From Leptolyngbyaceae cyanobacterium (GTDB lineage: Bacteria > Cyanobacteriota > Cyanobacteriia > Phormidesmidales > Phormidesmidaceae): 64,000 bases of DNA. The position numbers and the translations under genes are program-made. This document shows, piece by piece, positions 52,662-60,871 of the stretch. Under the pieces are notes generated by a model. It was not told where the DNA came from, searched no databases, and saw only the letters and a program-made list of their open reading frames with translations. Every line of letters starts with the position of its first letter. The first letter of the stretch is position 1. The stretch spans positions 2,016,001-2,080,000 of the forward strand of contig CBDHHL010000032.1 of assembly GCA_965263355.1 (NCBI GenBank). Reading direction: 5' to 3'.

Positions 52662-53072
52662 ATGAATATGTTGGATAAAAATTCTCAAATCATTGATAGT
52701 AGGCTCTGCTGCCAAAGCTGTGGGAGAGAAGATAGGGTTAACCTACTTAACTGCTTTACCAACTGGCCTTATTGTTGCCAACGACCGATGGCAGTCACAT
52801 GGATAAAGTCTAAATCCAGGCTGGATCTAGCTATTAACTCGGCCATCGCTAATGGTCGCTTTTGTCTGGAGTTGTTTATAGCTATTCCACAGTTTTCTAG
52901 TTGGCAATTTTTTTGGAGAAATGAAGAGAGTGATTGCCCTTTAGGTTTAAATTGTTCCAGCAAAATATCTGTAGATAAAGGCAATAATACAAGTTGTACG
53001 AATTTTGGACAATGTCTTGAACAACATATTGAATCCGAGGGTCAACCTTACGAAATTCTTCTTGTAGAGTAG
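52662..53072 (+). CDS. Cys-rich hypothetical protein
   Basis: AAGGAG RBS; CCQSC, YCCQRP, CPLGLNC, CTNFGQC clusters. Confidence 0.6.
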   Translation: MNMLDKNSQIIDSRLCCQSCGREDRVNLLNCFTNWPYCCQRPMAVTWIKSKSRLDLAINSAIANGRFCLELFIAIPQFSSWQFFWRNEESDCPLGLNCSSKISVDKGNNTSCTNFGQCLEQHIESEGQPYEILLVE

Positions 53073-53088
53073 TTGCCTAAACGCACCA

Positions 53089-54384
53089 CTAGGCTGGCCA
53101 ACGTAGCAGAACCACTTCTTCTTTAAGGTCCACTTCGGTTTTTGAGGCACGTCTGGTGCGGAAGAGGTCGATACCGATTAGTTCATAGCCGAGGTCTTGA
53201 GCAATTTGGGCTAATAGAGAACCGGTGGGAATATGCACCTGCAGGTAAGATGCTTGTTCACCGACGACATAGGCTAACTGAGCATTGGGGCGAAGGAGCG
53301 ATCGCAAATTAGCCAGGTGGCAGGCCATACCCCCAAAGTACAGCTTAGTGGCCCGAGCATACAGTCGAGAGAAGCCACTGGTTTTGCCTAACTCATCCCG
53401 GCGTTGATTGATGGTGTCGGCAATCTCTAAAATTTGCGGATAATTTTGAATCCATTGATCATCATCGTCATCTCGATAAACACTGCGGCTATTGGAACGC
53501 AATAGGTCATGCTTAATTGCTTGCAACCCTGCCTTATTTTCGACAAACCCCAATAAAACTGATTCTAGGCGGGTGGTACGGGTGTAATCTTTTTCATTGG
53601 GATAGGGGGGAGACGTAATTACCATATCAATGGAGCCTGGAGCAATATGCCGATGGGGTTGGCGAGCATCGCCCAGATATACGACTGCGGGTTGGCTGAT
53701 CAATGACTGGGTATTGAGACGATTCAAATCGTCAGCCATCACAGTGACTTGCCCTAGCCAATGATCAACCACCTGGGCATCTAGCTTGTGTTTACGGGCA
53801 ACGCTGACCTCCGGCGCAAACCGTAGATTACTAGCAACCACGGCTGAATTTGCCAGGGCCAGACGATAGTGTCCTAAAAAGGTGCGATCGCAAATACGAT
53901 CAATGTGTCCTAATAACGTCAGTACTTTTTGTAGCGGTCGTGGGCTAATAGCATCCTTAAACAGAAGTGCCGCCGCATCTGGAGATAATGTAGGGGCCAG
54001 ATGCGGCAGTAAGGCAATTTCCTCGTGAGCAGCTGTGGCAATGGTTTGAGCCGTTTGGGATAGAGCTTCAGGCCGAGATGACCAATCTAATTTTACACAG
54101 CAGGCAAAATGGGCCATCGGGTTAGCTTCAATCCCAACAGCAGACAGGCCCAGTTTTTTCACCTCGACCAGAGTTGTACCCGTTCCAGCAAACGGATCTA
54201 AAACAACAGTTGTGTCAGTTGCTTGAAATCGCTCAAGATAGTGTCTGACAAGATGGGGCGGAAAAGACAGAACAAAACGATACCAGCCATGAATAGCCCG
54301 ATCCTTAGAACTAAGCTGATTACGGGCTTTACGACCAAGCTCAAGGCCAAGCAGATCGGAATCAGATAACTTAAAAGATGCCAT
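53089..54384 (-). CDS. Amino-DNA methyltransferase (probably N4-cytosine, alpha motif order), orphan
   Basis: Motif I DPFAGTGTT precedes motif IV ITSPPY. Confidence 0.85.
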   Translation of the reverse strand: MASFKLSDSDLLGLELGRKARNQLSSKDRAIHGWYRFVLSFPPHLVRHYLERFQATDTTVVLDPFAGTGTTLVEVKKLGLSAVGIEANPMAHFACCVKLDWSSRPEALSQTAQTIATAAHEEIALLPHLAPTLSPDAAALLFKDAISPRPLQKVLTLLGHIDRICDRTFLGHYRLALANSAVVASNLRFAPEVSVARKHKLDAQVVDHWLGQVTVMADDLNRLNTQSLISQPAVVYLGDARQPHRHIAPGSIDMVITSPPYPNEKDYTRTTRLESVLLGFVENKAGLQAIKHDLLRSNSRSVYRDDDDDQWIQNYPQILEIADTINQRRDELGKTSGFSRLYARATKLYFGGMACHLANLRSLLRPNAQLAYVVGEQASYLQVHIPTGSLLAQIAQDLGYELIGIDLFRTRRASKTEVDLKEEVVLLRWPA

Positions 54385-54645
54385 TGGCAACTGTAGTACA
54401 ACACTTGGCTTGACCCCATACAAACTATAAAGACACCAAATTCAGTATGGATTAACGCAAAGGTTAGGCTAAGAGTTTGATACCTTAGACAAAGGATGGG
54501 CCAGGGGCAGTATAGCGGATGTCGCCTTTCAGTACAAATGAATTATACAAACGGCGGCAACCGGGTTTCTAATTAGCCTGGGCCGACTATTTTTTATGGT
54601 ATTGATGGGGACCTGGTTCTATTCGACTGTTTCAAAGCAAATCAG

Positions 54646-55329
54646 GTGAGACAGCTTCGACACAATAAGCGTGAACTCGTTATACGCTTCTCAAATTTAG
54701 GTCGCCATCACATTGCCGGAAGCATTACAAGCCTAGCGCGACTAGGCGCACTGAGTTTAGTGATTGTGGTGTGGTTAGGCTATCAACAAGCACCACTGCT
54801 ATGGATGGTTTTGATGGCTTTGGGCATTTTAATGATTATGGCAGAGCCATTTTTCCCAGCCCTTTACCCTGAAATTGCCACCTGCGTTTTTAACAAGGCC
54901 TTTGATCGACTAACCGTTATCCATGAAATTCCCCGTGGTCGCAAACGTCAGCGGCAAGTCAATCATTATCGCCTCAGTCATATCCAACAGGTACAGGTCT
55001 ATCGTCAGCGGATAGGGTTATGGCGATGGAACTATAGGATGCTTATCCGAGTATCGTCTCCAGCCAATACCGTTATTCATGTCAATGGTTTATCAGACCA
55101 GGTACTGATTCAAACTGGCATTCGTCCAATTCAGTTATTATCTAAAACCGTTCGCTATCATCTGGGCCGACGTACGGCTGTGGACTGGTCATTTATCAAG
55201 GTGCCCCAAGGGTTATCGCCCCCTGAGGTTGGTCGACGCATCGTTGCTCGTAACTCGATGGAAAAATTAGATAAATTTGATCTGCGGTGTTTAGCCCAAA
55301 CAATTGAGCAATTTATTTGGTCACCGTGA
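54646..55329 (+). CDS. Hypothetical membrane protein (2 TM)
   Basis: 227-aa ORF with two hydrophobic helices and a basic soluble domain. Confidence 0.55.
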   Translation: MRQLRHNKRELVIRFSNLGRHHIAGSITSLARLGALSLVIVVWLGYQQAPLLWMVLMALGILMIMAEPFFPALYPEIATCVFNKAFDRLTVIHEIPRGRKRQRQVNHYRLSHIQQVQVYRQRIGLWRWNYRMLIRVSSPANTVIHVNGLSDQVLIQTGIRPIQLLSKTVRYHLGRRTAVDWSFIKVPQGLSPPEVGRRIVARNSMEKLDKFDLRCLAQTIEQFIWSP

Positions 55330-55386
55330 TCCATCCTGCCCAACGTTCAATCGTGGGTTCAATCAGTGGCTTGCCCTACGATAAAA

Positions 55387-56262
55387 CTACAGTTCTGAAT
55401 TTAGGCAGGGGTTAGCCCTTACCATACCAAGACCTAAAAACGTTTTTTGGCCAATGCCACAGTAGCGGCTAAAGTTAGTCAACGCGTTAATGCGCTTAAT
55501 AATTAACGGATCAGTTGCAGCGGATATTTGAAACGTTACATTGCCCAGACAGCCGGTAATCGTTTCATTTTTGCCTAGGGGTACGGATATGGTGCGTAGA
55601 TTAAACGTTTTTGTCGTAATCGAGTTAACCGTATCAGGAGCAAAGACCAGACCACTATAACGGTTCCAACATTTGCGTAAACTGTGAAACACCGCTTCCC
55701 GTGTCGGTAGTGGCGACTCTTGTTCGCCCTGATGAAAAACAGCCGGGGTAACAAACTGAAAGATCAGATCACGGTTAGTGTCAGAGGCTCGTTCATAAAG
55801 TTTTTGATAGCTACTATGGCTAGACCATTCAGGGATATTAGCCGGTAGAAAATTGGTGACATGCAATCGCGCTGGTCCTAGATACCAGGGTTTACGGGCA
55901 ACTGCTCGCTCCAGACGTGGACTGATGTGATCAAACAGAGTGTCATCTAATAATGAAATCCGCCACCAGCAGTGGGACCCAGCTGGTACAGAACTATTAA
56001 CATATTGAAATTGGGTAGTTTCAAGCTGCTGACGTGGTAGCAAAAACTTTAAATTACGCGCTGATGTAGGTTGGGGTTGGGATGCTATTTGCAGAGGGCT
56101 GAGGGTAAAGGCTGGGTATTTGTAGTTTTGAAGTGATTGACCCAGCTCGCCATCAACAGCACTGACAAGAGCTAAAAATAGCCGATATAGGTGATGCCCT
56201 CTAAGGTATTGAAATGGGATGGTTGATTCGGAAACTAGATTAATAACTAAACTTTCAGGCAT
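55387..56262 (-). CDS. cas6: Solitary CRISPR-associated endoribonuclease Cas6
   Basis: N-terminal MPESLVINL, FTLSPL, WWRISLLDD, FVTP and C-terminal G-loop YCGIGQKTFLGLG. Confidence 0.88.
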   Translation of the reverse strand: MPESLVINLVSESTIPFQYLRGHHLYRLFLALVSAVDGELGQSLQNYKYPAFTLSPLQIASQPQPTSARNLKFLLPRQQLETTQFQYVNSSVPAGSHCWWRISLLDDTLFDHISPRLERAVARKPWYLGPARLHVTNFLPANIPEWSSHSSYQKLYERASDTNRDLIFQFVTPAVFHQGEQESPLPTREAVFHSLRKCWNRYSGLVFAPDTVNSITTKTFNLRTISVPLGKNETITGCLGNVTFQISAATDPLIIKRINALTNFSRYCGIGQKTFLGLGMVRANPCLNSEL

Positions 56263-56550
56263 ACCGTTGGGTTTATAAACCGTGGTAGATATCCCTTTTT
56301 TCTTAGCCTAGTAGTTATGTCCGGGGAAGTAGTACTGTTCTCAGGTGTGGATCATATTTGACATAAATAACCCCAGCCTCACCCTATGGTCAGACTGGGA
56401 TACAGCAGACTATGTATAGCGAAAACGTTTAGACAAAAATGTTTCCAAGCGCAAATGTTTTGAGTTTTCCCTGACAACCACACAGCTGATGACGAAGCCG
56501 TATGCGCTTAAGACCTGAGGGAATGAATCAATCTAGGGTCAATATAAACC

Positions 56551-56748
56551 TTATTTAAGAAGACGAGTGAGTCGGACGTCATATTCGGTTGCTTTAGGAT
56601 AGTCTTTACCTGCCCTGAATAGCGCTGTATCGTGGGCATCGGTTCGACCGCTAGCGTTGATTTCATAACGAGTGGCCATAATCCGATCGACCGTAGGATT
56701 TTTGTCAGTGCATTCCTTTATATCAACAAACACTTCAAATGTGTGCAT
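56551..56748 (-). CDS. Small hypothetical protein
   Basis: 65 aa with AAGGAGAG RBS upstream. Confidence 0.65.
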   Translation of the reverse strand: MHTFEVFVDIKECTDKNPTVDRIMATRYEINASGRTDAHDTALFRAGKDYPKATEYDVRLTRLLK

Positions 56749-56986
56749 AATGGGCTCTCCTTATCCACCGGGTAGCAGTATCGGCGAATACTCAAGTATG
56801 TTGCGTAAATCCCAGATTGCTGATGATCTAGGGAACGATAATTGACGAATCTTGGCAGTTCGATACAACTTTTTTAGAAACATAAAGCGATATGCTATCT
56901 AAGGGTATCCACGGTCGACTCTTAGTGATCTAGAGATGAATTAGATTGCTTTAAGCACACTAGTTCAAAAGCTGTGCGGTATGATA

Positions 56987-57043
56987 TCTCCCGAGTAGGC
57001 TGCCTACCTCCAGCCCGGTAGCTGCGCACACAATCATCGGAGA
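56987..57043 (+). promoter_or_regulatory. rbp-type 5'UTR complementary boxes (TCTCCCGA ... TCGGAGA)
   Basis: Resembles the conserved paired boxes in cyanobacterial rbp leaders; the 3' box overlaps the RBS. Confidence 0.5.
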
Positions 57044-57049
57044 GTAATC

Positions 57050-57352
57050 GTGACTATCTACATTGGAAATCTGTCATTTCAAGCTACAGAAGATGACATT
57101 AGGGATGTGTTTATCGAGTACGGTGAAGTTGCTCGCATTACCCTACCAATTGATCGTGAAACTGGAAAACGTCGTGGTTTTGCCTTTATCAATATGGTTA
57201 ATGATGAAGAGGAAGACTTAGCTATTGCCGAATTGGATGGGGCTGAGTGGCTTGGGCGTGAGCTACGGGTTAATAAAGCTAAACCCAAAGGTGGTGATGA
57301 TAATAATCGCCGACCCAGCCGAAATAGCAACTTTTCACGTAATCCCCTGTAA
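57050..57352 (+). CDS. rbp: RRM RNA-binding protein (Rbp family)
   Basis: IYIGNL (RNP2), RGFAFI (RNP1), LDGAEWLGRELRVNKAKP. Confidence 0.95.
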   Translation: MTIYIGNLSFQATEDDIRDVFIEYGEVARITLPIDRETGKRRGFAFINMVNDEEEDLAIAELDGAEWLGRELRVNKAKPKGGDDNNRRPSRNSNFSRNPL

Positions 57353-57369
57353 ATCTTGGTCAAGATTTA
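57350..57369. terminator. Palindrome TAAATCTTG-GT-CAAGATTTA spanning two convergent stop codons
   Basis: Seen directly between rbp and the MBL-fold gene. Confidence 0.45.
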
Positions 57370-58224
57370 GCTCTGCAGCAGATTAATGACCATGCCTTCA
57401 TGGGCCAATAATAACTGAGGTTCAATTTCCTTGAGTTGATGTGCCAGTGCATTTAGCGTGGCATCGGTTTGACGGGGACCGTAATGAACCATCGCTAGCC
57501 GTTTTACCTGGGCTGCTTGGGCTAGTTCAATTGCAGCTTGCCACGGTTTAGTTGAGGAGGACGGTTTGATTTGATCGCACATGTCTACATACATGCCATC
57601 GTAAATCAGTAAGTCGGCTTGATGGGCAAGAAATAGAAGGTTTTCGTCAATGTGTTCATAGTCAGTATCGGTGGCATACACCACTGATCGGTTCTGATAG
57701 CTAAGCCGATATCCCAGGGCATTATTTTGGCCATTCAAACCAATGGGTTCGATGTGGGTGTCACCGATTTGAATAGTGTCGCCTGGGGTAATATCGTGAA
57801 ATGTCAAATTCGCCTGCATTGCCTGAAGTGGTAGGGCAAAGCCTGGCTTGAGCATCTGTGTAGTCAGACATTGCTTAATAGACGCCCCATTAGCAGCGGT
57901 GCCACCGTAAATATGAAAGTGATTGCCTGGTTCAAACGCTGGCAAAAAAAACGGAAAGCCCTGGATTCGATCCCATTGGGTATGGGTAAAGAATATATGC
58001 CCTTTTACGGGATTGGAAGCTTGGTATAACGTTTCACCCAGGACCCTGATACCGGTTCCACCGTCAAAAATAAAACGCTGCTGGTCAGTCAAAATTTCAA
58101 TACAGGACGTATTCCCCCCGTAGAACGCTGTGGCAGCACCTGGTGTTGGGACACTGCCGCGCACCCCCCAGAACTTAATTGAGAGGTAGGGTTGATGCTG
58201 TAATGTGCTTGCTTGACCTGACAT
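57367..58224 (-). CDS. MBL-fold metallo-hydrolase-like protein with degenerate metal motif
   Basis: FWGVRGSVPTPG, YGGNTSC, DGGTG; THTQWDRIQG replaces THxHxDH. Confidence 0.85.
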   Translation of the reverse strand: MSGQASTLQHQPYLSIKFWGVRGSVPTPGAATAFYGGNTSCIEILTDQQRFIFDGGTGIRVLGETLYQASNPVKGHIFFTHTQWDRIQGFPFFLPAFEPGNHFHIYGGTAANGASIKQCLTTQMLKPGFALPLQAMQANLTFHDITPGDTIQIGDTHIEPIGLNGQNNALGYRLSYQNRSVVYATDTDYEHIDENLLFLAHQADLLIYDGMYVDMCDQIKPSSSTKPWQAAIELAQAAQVKRLAMVHYGPRQTDATLNALAHQLKEIEPQLLLAHEGMVINLLQS

Positions 58225-58398
58225 ATAGGCAGATACACTCACAGTGTATATCCCCAAATTGTGCACATGCTCATGGAAGTTTGGTCATCCTCCATAATGC
58301 CAAAATAAACAGTGGACACTATAGGGACACATTTTATACGTTGATGTGCCCCTATAATGCTTAATCCACTATTCCGAGAGTATTACCTCAAGACCGGA

Positions 58399-58908
58399 CT
58401 ACTTAGCAGCAGCAATACACTTTTCTACCAAAGGCTGGACGTCGTCCAGCCCTTTCCAACCTAAGATTTCAGTTACTTTCTTCTCTAGATTTTTATAGGT
58501 CTTAAAGAATTCTGCAATTTCATCTAGGCGATGGGAGGCAATATCGTCCAGACTTTTAACACCCGTATAACGAGGGTCTTTGTCAGGAACACATAAAATT
58601 TTCTCGTCACGATCGCCACCGTCAATCATTTCGAGCATACCGATAGGTCTAGCTGCAATAACGCACCCAGGAAATGTGGGTTCGTCCATGATGACCATGC
58701 CATCTAGGGGATCGCCATCGTCAGCCAGGGTATTGGGCACAAAGCCATAATCATAGGGGTACTGCACCGATGCATAGAGAACTCGATCCAGGGCAAATGC
58801 ATTGATATCCTTATCAAATTCATATTTATTCTTGCTGCCGCCTGTGATCTCGATCAATACGTTGATCAACCCAGGCTTAGGTTGAGCAGGAATACGAGAT
58901 AAGTCCAC
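58399..58908 (-). CDS. ppa: Inorganic pyrophosphatase
   Basis: [35 protein letters not shown]. Confidence 0.97.
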   Translation of the reverse strand: MDLSRIPAQPKPGLINVLIEITGGSKNKYEFDKDINAFALDRVLYASVQYPYDYGFVPNTLADDGDPLDGMVIMDEPTFPGCVIAARPIGMLEMIDGGDRDEKILCVPDKDPRYTGVKSLDDIASHRLDEIAEFFKTYKNLEKKVTEILGWKGLDDVQPLVEKCIAAAK

Positions 58909-59015
58909 GATACTTCTCCAAATACTTACGATTCAGCCAGGATAAACAATTAAATCGCCTATCCCGATAGCATTTTAGGAGAAAAGGGAGCTGGCACCCA
59001 TGGTGTAGCTAGATC

Positions 59016-59201
59016 TTATTCGTTTGTTTGTATTGCGGAATAGGGCAAGCCGTTGAATGTGTCTATCGGTGTTGAGGAAAAATAGGCAACTGTGAACAGC
59101 GGCAGGGTCAACGTAGCAAAGGCAATAAACGTACCCAGGGCTTCTACAAACGGACTGTGGGGGGGTTCAGAATTAGACTCTAACTGACTGGCAGATTCCA
59201 T
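59016..59201 (-). CDS. Small single-TM hypothetical protein
   Basis: 61 aa with one hydrophobic helix (LGTFIAFATLTLPLFTVAYFS). Confidence 0.6.
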   Translation of the reverse strand: MESASQLESNSEPPHSPFVEALGTFIAFATLTLPLFTVAYFSSTPIDTFNGLPYSAIQTNE

Positions 59202-59504
59202 GCTGGGGGATGTGAAAAACCGATAAAAACAACTGGTGTATGCGCCTTAGGGCTTGGCTTATACGCCTGGAAAAGATAGATTCTAAAGAAATAACCCTAT
59301 GGTGGTCTATTCATCGAAAACTGGTTTCATGTCAGTTAATGTCACAACCTTGCATTTATCTTGCAATGCTCACTTGCTCCAAGGGTAACATTGCTTTGTG
59401 GATCTCGGCTCAGGGGAAAACACAAAACATATAGCTTGCTGGGCTACAGGGTCTTATGCATACAACTAGATAAATTAGATTTAGATTTCCGTGAGGTTTT
59501 CCGG

Positions 59505-59933
59505 CTAATGGGTTTGCTCAATTAGCTCTCGGATCACTTTAAGTTCATCCAGTACCTGACGCAGTAGTTGATGAGTCAAAGTTTCTGTGGGTTGACTAAT
59601 TTCGATAGTAACTTGCTTAATTCCTAAGACATCCTGGGCAAAGCGGGCTACTTCGTTGGGATGAAACATCAATGGATCTTCCTTATGTTGTCTTGACTCA
59701 GGATTAAGACGCTTGTGGTCAAAGGTGGGATTCAGAATTAATGTGTCGGTATTGGCATAGCGATACACTGAGGCGCGGGAACGATTAAGGACTTTTTGCA
59801 CCGCTTCAACACTCATCAAGTTCTGCGAGCCGGTTTCGGCAGGTTCGAGGGTATCAATGGCTGTGGTGATACCGTCTAATGCATTGACTAAATCGGACAT
59901 AGATATCCCAATCTGTGTTTTATGGTTAGACAC
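59505..59933 (-). CDS. Small HTH DNA-binding protein (cyanobacterial 'resolvase'-annotated type) with C-terminal coiled coil
   Basis: LMSVEAVQKVLNRSRASVYRY HTH; C-terminal LLRQVLDELKVIRELI amphipathic helix; no recombinase catalytic domain visible. Confidence 0.75.
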   Translation of the reverse strand: MSNHKTQIGISMSDLVNALDGITTAIDTLEPAETGSQNLMSVEAVQKVLNRSRASVYRYANTDTLILNPTFDHKRLNPESRQHKEDPLMFHPNEVARFAQDVLGIKQVTIEISQPTETLTHQLLRQVLDELKVIRELIEQTH

Positions 59934-59937
59934 ACCG

Positions 59938-60563
59938 TACTCATATTGAGCCTTATGTCAATACTTTGATGTCTATTGTTAAGACAGTAACGAGTTCTGA
60001 CTGTGGGTCAGGACGGCTAATTACAGTATTGACTGTCTTGAATTAAGACCAATAAAAATCAAAGTGAGTCTAGACTTAATCAATTGTATCTTAAATCAAG
60101 ACAAACAATTGCGATCGCATTTTCTGCGAGTTGTCAGCTCGCACTGATGTCACCTTCGATCTAAAAAAACATTGTCTAAATTTGGGTACCAACTTAAAAC
60201 GGGAAGTTTTCCTAAGGATAGACGTCAGAAGTCAGTAGCCAGAAGCCATATCCCTTCTAAATGCTGCATTGAGTCATCGTCAAATTGATCGGACAACTAA
60301 ATTCAATATTGATTCATCTTAGCTTAAGACTACTTTGCCTTGAAATGAGTCCCAACAAGAAAGTCATAGTCTTATTTTAAGATTTTTAAGTTTAATTGCG
60401 TCCAGTCTAATTGGGCTATCGGATAGTTTATTGGCTGTATTGATCGGAACGACGCTTCAAGTAACTGCGCCATCTCCGTCGACAGTAACGTGTTGAATCA
60501 AAATAAGACAAAGCTATATTGCACTAAGACTTAAAGTAAGACTTAGCTATCTTATTTTAAGTC
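59938..60563. promoter_or_regulatory. Array of about 10 imperfect 15-bp palindromes, consensus GWCTYA-N3-TRAGWC
   Basis: Copies start at 59938, 59971, 60035, 60056, 60088, 60316, 60337, 60369, 60495, 60528, 60549. Confidence 0.75.
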
Positions 60564-60836
60564 AACTAAGATGCGTGCAATTGTCAGCCTATCTGTTGGG
60601 GGTAGGGCTTAACGGATGGCACCTTTTCAAGGAGTGTCACTATGTACTACAAATTATTTGTGCCGGGTGCGATCGCAATTAGGTTGCCGTGTGTTGGTGG
60701 CATGGGTGTATTGTGGGGATGCGATCGCGCTTTGGAAGGATGTTTTTGGCTTAAAAGTAGCTTGAAAATTTAGTCCATTTTTAGTCCAGTCTGATTTCTT
60801 GATCCTCAAAAATCAATAAAATAAAGGCTTTTAGAC

Positions 60837-60871
60837 CTTTGACTAGTTGCGTATACCGCAACTAGTCAAAG
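60837..60871. terminator. Perfect 15-bp hairpin CTTTGACTAGTTGCG-TATAC-CGCAACTAGTCAAAG overlapping the TPR gene stop
   Basis: Seen directly. Confidence 0.6.

Noticed and set aside
59938..60563. CRISPR array or canonical parS sites
   Set aside because: Repeats are only 15 bp, degenerate and irregularly spaced, and do not match the parS consensus TGTTTCACGTGAAACA.
60595..60760. tRNA or structured ncRNA
   Set aside because: Only a short hairpin and HIP1 sites; no cloverleaf or T-loop motif found by eye.
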